Assembly (NCBI GenBank): GCA_964573595.1
Contig: CAZNLF010000001.1
Coordinates: 1 to 58,779, forward strand
Direction: 5' to 3'
From: an uncultured Acidimicrobiaceae bacterium
GTDB lineage: Bacteria; Actinomycetota; Acidimicrobiia; Acidimicrobiales; RAAP-2
DNA: 58,779 bases
Shown here: positions 9,580 through 18,073 of the stretch, piece by piece
How the letters are laid out: each line of letters begins with the position of its first letter
Numbering within the stretch: the first letter of the stretch is position 1
Position numbers and translations under genes: made by a program
The notes under the pieces: generated by a model
The model's database searches: none
What the model was told of the DNA's origin: nothing
Seen by the model: the letters and a program-made list of their open reading frames with translations, nothing else

Positions 9580-10659
9580 TCAGTGGAGATCGACCAGCTC
9601 GCCGGCGAGGTGCTCCCACTGGTGGCTCGCCCCGCCCATCAGCAGTTCGTTCTGCTTGGCCCGCTTGAACAGGAAGTGGGCGTCGTTCGCCCAGGTGAAG
9701 CCGACACCCCCGTGGATCTGGATGTCGTCGCCCGTCACCCGCACCGCCGCCTCGGCGGCGTAGGCGGCGGCCATGGTGGCGGCGCGGGAGCGCTCCGGCG
9801 AATCCGTGTCGGCGGCCCATGCGGCGAAGTGCACCCCGGCGCGGGCCATCTCCAACGAGTGGTACATGTCGACGATGCGGTGCTTCACCGATTGGAACGA
9901 GGCGATCGGCCGGTCGAAGACGACCCGCACCTTGGCGTACTCCACCGCCTCCTCGAGCGAGCGGTCGGCCACCCCGACCAGCTCGGCGGCCAGCCCCACC
10001 GAGACGTCGTCGAGCACCCGACGCCACAGTGCGCTCTGGTCCCCGATCGGACCCAGGGCCTCCACCGGCTCCTCGTCGAGCACCAGCCGAGCCAGCTTGC
10101 GGGTCGGGTCGAGGGTGGGCACCGCCTCGGCCCGGGGGGACGGGAGCAGGAAGGAGTGGATCCCGTCCTCGGTGAGGGCGGCCACGATGGCCCAGTCGGC
10201 GGTGTGGCCGTCCACCACGATCGGCTTGACCCCGGTCACCACCCAGCCCGCGCCCTTCCGGCGGGCCCGGGCCCGGATCGTGTCGACGGGATGGCCGTGT
10301 CCCTGCTCGTGCAGGGCCACCGTGCCGCGCTGGCCTCCCGACGCCAGCTCGGGCAGGAGGTCGTCGGCACCGAGCGCCCGGGCGGCCAGGGTGGCCATGA
10401 CCGATGACGAGAAGAACGGCCCCGGAAGGGGCACCCGCCCCATCTGCTCGAGGATGATGCCCATCTCGAGGAGACCGGCCCCCTCGCCCGGCACCAGCAT
10501 GCCGGTCCAGCCCAGGGCGACCAGTCGGTCCCACAGATCGGGGGTGAACCCGGCCGGGTCCTCGGCGAGCTGTCGGAGGGTCGCCCCGTCGACCTCCCCC
10601 ATGGCCCGGCGCGCCACCTCCTGCAAGGCGAGCTGCTCGGCATCGAACGTGAAATCCAC
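9580..10659 (-). CDS. acyl-CoA dehydrogenase family protein (short, beta-like subunit type)
   Basis: 359 aa with EYAKVRVVFDRPIASFQSVKHRIVDM and HGGVGFTWANDAHFLFKRA. GTG start. Confidence 0.8.
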   Translation of the reverse strand: MDFTFDAEQLALQEVARRAMGEVDGATLRQLAEDPAGFTPDLWDRLVALGWTGMLVPGEGAGLLEMGIILEQMGRVPLPGPFFSSSVMATLAARALGADDLLPELASGGQRGTVALHEQGHGHPVDTIRARARRKGAGWVVTGVKPIVVDGHTADWAIVAALTEDGIHSFLLPSPRAEAVPTLDPTRKLARLVLDEEPVEALGPIGDQSALWRRVLDDVSVGLAAELVGVADRSLEEAVEYAKVRVVFDRPIASFQSVKHRIVDMYHSLEMARAGVHFAAWAADTDSPERSRAATMAAAYAAEAAVRVTGDDIQIHGGVGFTWANDAHFLFKRAKQNELLMGGASHQWEHLAGELVDLH

Positions 10660-10721
10660 TGTCTACCCCCGCGGTGGGTCGCTGTTGGTGGCGACAGTGT
10701 AGACAAGAACGGCTATTCTCC

Positions 10722-11939
10722 GTGCCCGTGGACTTCGCACTGGCTCCAGAAGACGAGGCGTTCCGGGACGAGCTGCGGGGCTGGCTCGACGAGCACCTGT
10801 CGCCGTTCCTGGCCAGCGAGGAGCTCGCCGACGACGCCTCGCTCTCGGGGGAGAAGTCCCAACAGCGCAGGGCGGCCTGGCAACGGGTGCTCAACGAGGG
10901 ACGGTGGGCCGCCGTCAACTGGCCCGAGGAGTACGGCGGCCGGAACGCCACCGCCATGCAGCGGATCATCTTCTCCGAGGTCAACGCCGAGTACCGGACG
11001 CCGGGGCTGTTCAATCCCAACGGGCTGTGGCAGATCGGGCCCATGATCATCGCCTGGGGCACCGACGAACAGAAGGCCCGGTGGCTCCCGTCGATCCTCG
11101 ACGCCACCGACCACTGGTGCCAGGGCTTCTCCGAGCCCCAGGCCGGCAACGACCTGGCCAACCTCCGCACCACGGCCGTCCGGGACGGTGACGAGTACGT
11201 GGTCAACGGCCAGAAGATCTGGATCTCCACCGCCCACCTGGCCAGATGGGGCCTGTTCCTGTTGCGTACCGACCCCACGGCCATCGAGCGTGGCGCCAAG
11301 CACGAAGGCATCACCGCCTTCATCATCGACATGCACACCCCGGGTATCGAGGCCAGGCCGATCCGTGACATGGCCGGCGAGGAGATGTTCAACGAGGTCT
11401 TCTTCACCGACGCCCGCATCCCGGTCGACAGCCGGCTCGGCGGGGAGGGCGAGGGCTGGATGGTGGCCATGGGTACGCTCGGGCACGAGCGGGTGGGCAT
11501 CGCCGGGCAGATCTCCCTCCTCGGCGCCGACCTGCACGCCATGGTCACCGCCGCCCGCTCGGTGAACCCGTCGGCGCTCGAGGACCCCTCCCTGCGGGAG
11601 CGGCTGGCCCGGGCCTGGACCGACATCGAGCTCGCCCGGCTGCTGTCGCTGCGGGCCCTGAGCAAGATCATCAAGGGCGAGAAGAACTGGCCCGAGGTCC
11701 CCTTCGCCAAGCTCGCCTGGTCCTCGCTGGCCCAGACGCTCGCCGACCTGTCACTGGACCTGCTCGGGCCCGCGGGGCTCGCGGCACGCGGCGGGCCGGA
11801 CGCCGTCGACCGGGGCAAGTGGACCCGCCTCTACTCGTTCCAGCGGTACAGCACCATCGGTGGCGGCTCCACCGAGGTGCAGAAGAACATCATCGCCGAC
11901 CGCGCGGTGAAGCTGCCCGGCCAGTCCCGCCTGTCCTGA
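10722..11939 (+). CDS. acyl-CoA dehydrogenase family protein
   Basis: WCQGFSEPQAGNDLANL, GQKIWIS and GGGSTEVQKNIIA. I chose the GTG start at 10722 (VPVDFALAPEDEAFR). The track start 10674 adds a Cys/Trp/Arg-rich leader. Confidence 0.85.
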   Translation: MPVDFALAPEDEAFRDELRGWLDEHLSPFLASEELADDASLSGEKSQQRRAAWQRVLNEGRWAAVNWPEEYGGRNATAMQRIIFSEVNAEYRTPGLFNPNGLWQIGPMIIAWGTDEQKARWLPSILDATDHWCQGFSEPQAGNDLANLRTTAVRDGDEYVVNGQKIWISTAHLARWGLFLLRTDPTAIERGAKHEGITAFIIDMHTPGIEARPIRDMAGEEMFNEVFFTDARIPVDSRLGGEGEGWMVAMGTLGHERVGIAGQISLLGADLHAMVTAARSVNPSALEDPSLRERLARAWTDIELARLLSLRALSKIIKGEKNWPEVPFAKLAWSSLAQTLADLSLDLLGPAGLAARGGPDAVDRGKWTRLYSFQRYSTIGGGSTEVQKNIIADRAVKLPGQSRLS

Positions 11940-11940
11940 C

Positions 11941-13365
11941 GTGCCGGCCGTCGACCAGCGGGCACCGTGCATCATCGGTGCCGCCCGCCGTACGTGGCGC
12001 GAGGAGCCGGCCCCGGAGCCGCTGGACCTCTGGGAGACCGTGGCCAGGGAGGCCGCCGGGGACGCCGGGGCCCCCGGAGCGCTCACGGGGTTGGACAGCC
12101 TGCAGGTCGTCTACTGCCAGTCGTGGGAGTACGACGACCCCTCCGGTCGGCTGGCCACGAGGCTCGGGGCCGACCCGGCGGAGCGGTCGTACTCGGGCAT
12201 CGGTGGGTCGGTGCCGGTCCGTCTCCTCTCCGAGGCGGCCTCGGCGATGGCGGCCGGCGATCTCGACCTCGCCCTGATCGTGGGCGGCGAGGCCCTGGCC
12301 ACCCGTCGCCACCTCCCCGAGCCTCCCTGGTCGGACCCCTCGGACCCCCCACGCCCCTACCCCATCACGATCGACCGCGACGAGGCCCGGCACGGGATCT
12401 TCCAGGCCTACCTGACGTTCGCGCTCCTCGACAGTGCCCGCCGGATCCACCTGGGCCGCTCGGTGGCCGAGCACCGGACCGACCTCGGTCGACTGCTGTC
12501 CCCGCTGACCGAGGTGGCGGCCCGGGACCCCGAGCACGCCTGGTTCCCCATCGCCCGGGACCCCGAGACCATCTCGGTCCCCTCCCCCACCAACCGGATG
12601 GTCGCCACCCCGTACACCAAGTACATGACGGCCATCATGGACGTGGACATGGCCGCCGCCGTCCTCGTCGCCAGCGAGGCCCGCGCCGATTCGCTGGGCG
12701 TTCCGGCCGACCAGCGGGTCTACCTGCGGGGGACGGGCTCGGCCGAGGAGCCGGCCACGATGGCCACCCGGCCCGACCTGTGGCGCTCACCGGCCATGCA
12801 GTCGGCCATGCGCTCCGCGCTCGGGCCCCTGACCGTCGACGACGTCGCCCACCTCGACCTCTACTCGTGCTTCGCCAGCTCGCTCTCGTTCGCCCGCGAC
12901 GCCCTCGGGATCACGACCGACCGCCAGCTGACCGTGACCGGGGGACTCCCCTACCATGGCGGACCGGGCAGCAACTACACGACCCATGCCCTGGCCGCCA
13001 TGGTCGAAGTCCTGCGGGGCGACCCGGACTCGTCCGGCCTGGTGACCGGCATCGGCATGCACATGACCAGTCACGCCGCCGCGCTCCTGTCGGCCCGGCC
13101 CGGGCCCGTCCGGGTGGCGGCCCCCTCCGGGGTGCCGGCCACCGTGCCGATGGCCACCGGGCCCGACGGACCCGCCCGGGTGGTGGCATGGTCCACCAAC
13201 TACGGCCGCCAGGGCCCGGAGTGGACGGCGGTCATCGGCGAACTCGCCGACGGCTCTCGGTGCTACGCCCGCCTGGACGATCCCCCCTCCGAGGACGTCG
13301 ACCTGGCGGACGAGCCGGTGACCGTGACCACCGGTGACGACCGCGTGACGAGCGCCCGGCTGTGA
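11941..13365 (+). CDS. thiolase-fold (SCP-x/Ltp-like) protein with a C-terminal extension
   Basis: 474 aa, GTG 2 nt after the ACAD stop. Thiolase-like segments include GLPYHGGPGSNYTTHALA. No canonical N-terminal catalytic-Cys motif was recognised. Confidence 0.55.
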   Translation: MPAVDQRAPCIIGAARRTWREEPAPEPLDLWETVAREAAGDAGAPGALTGLDSLQVVYCQSWEYDDPSGRLATRLGADPAERSYSGIGGSVPVRLLSEAASAMAAGDLDLALIVGGEALATRRHLPEPPWSDPSDPPRPYPITIDRDEARHGIFQAYLTFALLDSARRIHLGRSVAEHRTDLGRLLSPLTEVAARDPEHAWFPIARDPETISVPSPTNRMVATPYTKYMTAIMDVDMAAAVLVASEARADSLGVPADQRVYLRGTGSAEEPATMATRPDLWRSPAMQSAMRSALGPLTVDDVAHLDLYSCFASSLSFARDALGITTDRQLTVTGGLPYHGGPGSNYTTHALAAMVEVLRGDPDSSGLVTGIGMHMTSHAAALLSARPGPVRVAAPSGVPATVPMATGPDGPARVVAWSTNYGRQGPEWTAVIGELADGSRCYARLDDPPSEDVDLADEPVTVTTGDDRVTSARL

Positions 13366-13474
13366 CTCGGCCTGCGGGTGGCCGACGGCCTCGGCACCGC
13401 CCGCCGCTCGCGCCTACTATCACGTGCGTCCGTCGGGCATCGTGTGCACCGGGGCGACCGGTGATCCTGCCATC

Positions 13475-14284
13475 ATGACCATCCACTACCAGTCGGTCGA
13501 CGACCACATCGTCCGGATCACCATCGACCGGCCCGAGGCGCGCAACGCCCTCGACATGGACCACTTCGCCCAGCTCCGCATGGCGTGGGAGCGCTTCGGC
13601 GAGGACGACGACGCCTGGGTGGCCGTGATCACCGGCGTGGGCGCCGACTTCTGCGTCGGGGCCGACCTCAAGACCTACATACCCCAGATCACCAGCCTGC
13701 AGGCCAAGATGAAGGCGGAGGGCGTCCACGAGATCGACGGCTACCGCCTCGATGACGGGGTCAAGGCGGTGCTGCGCAACGTCAAGCTGTACAAGCCGAT
13801 CGTGGCGGCCGTCAACGGCACGTGCGTGGCCGGTGGGATGGAGATGCTCGGTGGGTGCGACCTCCGGGTGGCCGTCGACACCGCCACCTTCGGCGTGATG
13901 GAGCCGAAGCGGGGGCTCTTCGCCGGAGGCGGGACGACCGTCCGGCTGCCGCGTCAGATCCCCTTCCCGGCCGCCATGGAGCTGCTGCTCTGCGCCGATC
14001 GGGTCTCGGCCGGCCGCGTCTACGAGATGGGACTGCTGAACGAGGTCTGCCCGCCGGACCGGCTGATGGAGCGGGCAATCGACTACGCCCGGCGCATCAC
14101 CGCCAACGGCCCGTTCGCCGTGCGCAAGACCAAGGAGTCCGTGCTGTTGGGCCTGGCCACCGACATGAAGGAGGCCTATCGCATCGAGTCGTCCATTTCG
14201 TCGGAGGTGTTCTCGAGCGAGGACGCCGTCGAGGGGCCCAAGGCCTTCGCCGAGAAGCGGACACCGGAGTGGAAGAACCGCTAG
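13475..14284 (+). CDS. enoyl-CoA hydratase/isomerase (crotonase)
   Basis: RITIDRPEARNAL, ITGVGADFCVGADL and GGMEMLGGCD. ATG at 13475. Confidence 0.9.
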   Translation: MTIHYQSVDDHIVRITIDRPEARNALDMDHFAQLRMAWERFGEDDDAWVAVITGVGADFCVGADLKTYIPQITSLQAKMKAEGVHEIDGYRLDDGVKAVLRNVKLYKPIVAAVNGTCVAGGMEMLGGCDLRVAVDTATFGVMEPKRGLFAGGGTTVRLPRQIPFPAAMELLLCADRVSAGRVYEMGLLNEVCPPDRLMERAIDYARRITANGPFAVRKTKESVLLGLATDMKEAYRIESSISSEVFSSEDAVEGPKAFAEKRTPEWKNR

Positions 14285-14290
14285 GCGACC

Positions 14291-15085
14291 ATGGCCGGTT
14301 CGTTCGAGGGGAAGCGGGTCCTGATCACCGGTGGCTCATCGGGGATCGGTGCGGGGTTGGCCGAGGGATTCGCCGCCGCCGGTGCCGTCGTCGGGATCGC
14401 AGCGCGGCGCCGCGACCGGCTGGTCGAGGTCCTCGAGCGCTGCCGGGCCCACACACCGAGCTCGCAGATGTGGGAGGTCGACCTGGCCGACCCCGATGCC
14501 GTCGACCGGTTGGCCGTCGAGGCCGTCGACACCCTGGGCGGCGTGGACCTGCTGGTCAACAACGCCGGCATCCCGAAACGGCGCCACGTCTCCCGCCTCG
14601 ACGCCGGGACCGTCGAGTCCGTGATGGCGATCAATTACCTGTCGCCGGTCCGCCTCACCCTGGCGATCCTGCCCACCATGCTGGCCCAGGGATCGGGCCG
14701 GGTGGTCTTCGTCTCCTCCGTCGCCGCACCCCTCAGCTCACCGGGTGAGGCCGCCTACTCCGCGTCCAAGGCGGCGGTGGCCGTGTTCGCCGAGACCATG
14801 GCCGTCGACCTGTGGGACTCGGGAGTCGGCGTGTCGGTCGTCTACCCGGGGGTCGTCGACACCGAGCTGTTCACCCTGCCCGACAACGATCCCTTCACCG
14901 GCGACGTGGAGTCGATCCCCGTCGCCGAGGCCGTCACCACCATCATGGACGGCGTCGCCGCCGGGACCCTGTCGATCTACGTGCCCGCCTACTTCGCCGA
15001 GTTCGCCGCCCAGAAGGCCCAGGACGTCGACCGCTTCCTCGCCGGCACCGCCGAGTACGTACGCTCCCGGACCGGACGGGGGTAA
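14291..15085 (+). CDS. SDR-family oxidoreductase
   Basis: ITGGSSGIGAG, NNAG and YSASKAAV. Confidence 0.9.
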   Translation: MAGSFEGKRVLITGGSSGIGAGLAEGFAAAGAVVGIAARRRDRLVEVLERCRAHTPSSQMWEVDLADPDAVDRLAVEAVDTLGGVDLLVNNAGIPKRRHVSRLDAGTVESVMAINYLSPVRLTLAILPTMLAQGSGRVVFVSSVAAPLSSPGEAAYSASKAAVAVFAETMAVDLWDSGVGVSVVYPGVVDTELFTLPDNDPFTGDVESIPVAEAVTTIMDGVAAGTLSIYVPAYFAEFAAQKAQDVDRFLAGTAEYVRSRTGRG

Positions 15086-15161
15086 CCGACGGGAGCAACC
15101 GGCCGGGTTGGTCGACCGGACCGTCCCCTGAGGCCGGGCGGTCGGCCGCTCCGTTACGCGG

Positions 15162-16355
15162 TCAGCCGAGGCGCTCGATGACCGTGGCGTTGGCCTGGCC
15201 CCCGCCCTCGCACATGGTCTGGAACCCGTACCGGCCGCCCGTGGCCTCCAACTGGTTGAGCAGGGTCGCGGCCAGCCGGACACCGCTCGCCCCGAGCGGG
15301 TGGCCGATGGCGATGGCGCCGCCATTGGGGTTGAGCCGCTCGGGGTCGGCGTGGAAGGCCCGGTTCCACATCAGGGGGATGGCGGCGAACGCCTCGTTGC
15401 ACTCGATGGCGTCGAACTGCTCGACCTTCATGCCCGATCGCTCGAGCAGCCGGTGCGTGGCCGGCACCGGAGCGGAGAGGACGATGGCGGCATCCTCGGC
15501 GGCCACGGTGGCGTGGGCGAAGCGTGCCCGGACCGGCAGGCCGAGCCGCTCGGCCACCGACCGCTCGGCGACCAGCATCGCCGACGCGCCGTCGGTCATC
15601 TGTGAGGCATTGCCGGCGGTGATGTCCGGCGCCGTGTCGGGCTCCCAGTTCTGAGCGGGTGCCAGACCGGCCAGGGCCTCGAGGGAGGCGTTCCGGCGGA
15701 TGCCCTCGTCGGACTCGAGCCGCGCCCCGGTGAGCGCACCGGCCTCGTCCTTCACGGGCACGGCCACCGACTCGGCGGCGAAGTGGCCCGAGTCCCAGGC
15801 GGCGGCGGCCCGACGGTGGCTCTCCAGCGAGTACTCGTCCATCTCCTCACGGCTGATGCCCCACCGGTCGGCCAGGACCTGGGCCACGCGGAATTGGGCC
15901 CACAGCCGGCCGTCGATCTCCTCGAGGAACGACGGCGGGAACGGTCCCGTCCCGCCCCGGGCGTTGGAAGCCATGGGAACCCGGCTCATCGCTTCGACGC
16001 CGCAGGCGACCACCAGGTCGTAGTGGCCGGCCTTCACCCCGGCCGCGGCGAAGTGCATGGCCTGCTGGGACGAGCCGCACTGGCGGTCCACGGTCGTGGC
16101 CGGCACCGTCTGGGGCAGGCCGGCGGCGACCCACCCGTTCCGCGTGACGTTGGTGCTCTGCTCGCCGGCCTGGGTGACGCACCCGCCGATCACGTCGTCG
16201 ACCGTCTCGGGATCGATGCCGGTGCGCCCCACCAGCTGGGTGAGGGCGAAGGCCAGGAGGTCGACCGGGTGCCAGTTGGCGAGCGCCCCTCCCCGCTTCC
16301 CCATGGTGGTGCGCACCACATCGACGATGACGGCGTCGCGCTCGTTGTCGCTCAC
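15162..16355 (-). CDS. acetyl-CoA C-acyltransferase (thiolase)
   Basis: Active-site context DRQCGSSQQA, NPNGGAIAIGHPLGASG and MCEGGGQANA. GAGAGGA lies upstream of the GTG. Confidence 0.9.
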   Translation of the reverse strand: MSDNERDAVIVDVVRTTMGKRGGALANWHPVDLLAFALTQLVGRTGIDPETVDDVIGGCVTQAGEQSTNVTRNGWVAAGLPQTVPATTVDRQCGSSQQAMHFAAAGVKAGHYDLVVACGVEAMSRVPMASNARGGTGPFPPSFLEEIDGRLWAQFRVAQVLADRWGISREEMDEYSLESHRRAAAAWDSGHFAAESVAVPVKDEAGALTGARLESDEGIRRNASLEALAGLAPAQNWEPDTAPDITAGNASQMTDGASAMLVAERSVAERLGLPVRARFAHATVAAEDAAIVLSAPVPATHRLLERSGMKVEQFDAIECNEAFAAIPLMWNRAFHADPERLNPNGGAIAIGHPLGASGVRLAATLLNQLEATGGRYGFQTMCEGGGQANATVIERLG

Positions 16356-16391
16356 TCTGGTTCCTCTCGTTCCTGCGGTGCGTTGCCGGGC

Positions 16392-17270
16392 CTAGGTCGG
16401 CGGCTTCCGGCGACGGCGACGGAACCGCAGCTCTTGTTCCACGTTCTCCGTGCCCCAACCGGGGACCACCACGTCGGTGCCGTGGCTCGGCGTCATCACG
16501 GCCCGCTCGCCCCGATTGGCCAGTACCGACTCGACCGCGTCCAGTGCCCCGTCGGACGGCCCACTGTAGGCCACCGAGCCGTGCTCGAGGACGACCGCGG
16601 TCACGGCGATGTCGAGCACCCGGTCGACCTGCTGCTCGACGATGAGCAGCGCCGTCCCGGCCTGGTTGATCTTGGCCAGCCCCTCGTAGACGGCGTCGAT
16701 CATCACCGGGGCCAGGCCGAGGGAGATCTCGTCCGCCACCAGCAACCGGGGCGGAGCCACCAGGACCTTGGCCAACGACAGGATGCGCTGCTCCCCTCCC
16801 GAGAGGGTGCCACCTTGTTGCTTGCGCCGCGCGCTGAGCACGGGGAAGGCCTCGAAGGCGCGGTCGAGGGATCCGGCCACGCTCTTGCGGCCGCCCCGCT
16901 GTCGGAAGGCCAGTCTGAGGTTCTCCTCGACGGTCAGGCTGGCGAAGACGCCCCGGCCCTCGGGCACGTGGGCCGAACCGGCCCGGGCGATCTTGTAGGC
17001 GGACAGCCCGGTGACGTCCTTGCCGGCCAGCCGGATGGCTCCCGCCGTGCTGGCCAACAGACCGGTGACCACGCGGGCCACGGTGGACTTGCCGGCGCCG
17101 TTGGAACCGATCAGCGCGGTGACGCCCGCAGCCGGCACGACGAAGGAGATGTCGAACAGGGCGCGGTAGGGGCCGTAGCTGGCGCTGAGATTCTCGATCT
17201 CGAGGGCCGGGGGCTCCACCGCCACCGCCGTTCCTCCGCCGGCAGCCGGGTCGGTGGCCGGCCCGCTCAC
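16392..17270 (-). CDS. branched-chain-amino-acid-type ABC transporter ATP-binding protein (LivF-like)
   Basis: Walker A GSNGAGKST, signature LSGGEQ and Walker B LLVADE. GTGA overlap with the upstream gene. Confidence 0.9.
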   Translation of the reverse strand: MSGPATDPAAGGGTAVAVEPPALEIENLSASYGPYRALFDISFVVPAAGVTALIGSNGAGKSTVARVVTGLLASTAGAIRLAGKDVTGLSAYKIARAGSAHVPEGRGVFASLTVEENLRLAFRQRGGRKSVAGSLDRAFEAFPVLSARRKQQGGTLSGGEQRILSLAKVLVAPPRLLVADEISLGLAPVMIDAVYEGLAKINQAGTALLIVEQQVDRVLDIAVTAVVLEHGSVAYSGPSDGALDAVESVLANRGERAVMTPSHGTDVVVPGWGTENVEQELRFRRRRRKPPT

Positions 17271-18073
17271 GCGGTCAACCCGAGGTAGGCCTGGCGGACG
17301 TTGGCGTCGGCCATCACCTCGTCGAAGGTGCCGTCGGCGATCACCACGCCCAGGTTCATCACGATCGTCCGGTCGACCACCTCGCCCACCATCCCGAGGT
17401 CGTGCTCGACCAGCAGCATGGCCATTCCGCGCTCACGCTGGAGCTTGCGCAGCACCTGGGCCAGCTCGCGCGTCTCGTGGATGTCCAACCCCGACGAGGG
17501 CTCGTCAGCCAGGAGCAGCACCGGCTCGGACACCAGGGCCCGAGCGAGCTCGACGAGGCGGCACAATCCCAGGCCGAGGGCCGACACGGGGGTCTGGGCC
17601 CGGTCCTCGATGCCGACCAGTTCGAGCACCGACGCCACCCGCTCGTTTTCCTCCGGGGTCACGGCGCTGCGGTTGAGGAGGTCCTTCCACAGCCGCCCGG
17701 TGGACCAGCGGGCCCGCACCGCCACCACCAGGTGGTCCCGGACCGTCATGTCGGGGAACACCTCGATCCGCTGGTAGGTGCGGCTGATCCCCAACCGGGC
17801 CCGCTTGAAGGTGGGCATGCCGAGGAGCTCCCTCCCGTCGAGGTCGATGCTCCCCTGCTCGGGCCGGAGCTGGCCACAGATGCAGTTGAACAGGGTCGTC
17901 TTGCCGGCACCGTTCGGGCCCACCAGTCCGATGCTCTCGCCTCGGTCGACGGTCAGGCTCACCCCACTGACCGCGGCGATGCCGCCGAACGTTTTCGAGA
18001 CCTCGTTGACCGACAGCAGCGGGCCGGCCGTCGTGGGACCGTCCGCGGCCGGCGAGGCAGCCGTGTCAACCAT
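17267..18073 (-). CDS. ABC transporter ATP-binding protein (LivG-like)
   Basis: GPNGAGKTT and LLLADEPSSGLD. 8-nt overlap with the permease gene. Confidence 0.9.
   Translation of the reverse strand: MVDTAASPAADGPTTAGPLLSVNEVSKTFGGIAAVSGVSLTVDRGESIGLVGPNGAGKTTLFNCICGQLRPEQGSIDLDGRELLGMPTFKRARLGISRTYQRIEVFPDMTVRDHLVVAVRARWSTGRLWKDLLNRSAVTPEENERVASVLELVGIEDRAQTPVSALGLGLCRLVELARALVSEPVLLLADEPSSGLDIHETRELAQVLRKLQRERGMAMLLVEHDLGMVGEVVDRTIVMNLGVVIADGTFDEVMADANVRQAYLGLTA

Noticed and set aside
9074-11818. 914-aa minus-strand ORF, the longest in the track.
   Set aside because: It is extremely Arg/Pro/Gly/Ser-rich with no family motif. It lies antisense to or overlaps well-supported TetR and ACAD genes, so it is a typical high-GC shadow ORF.
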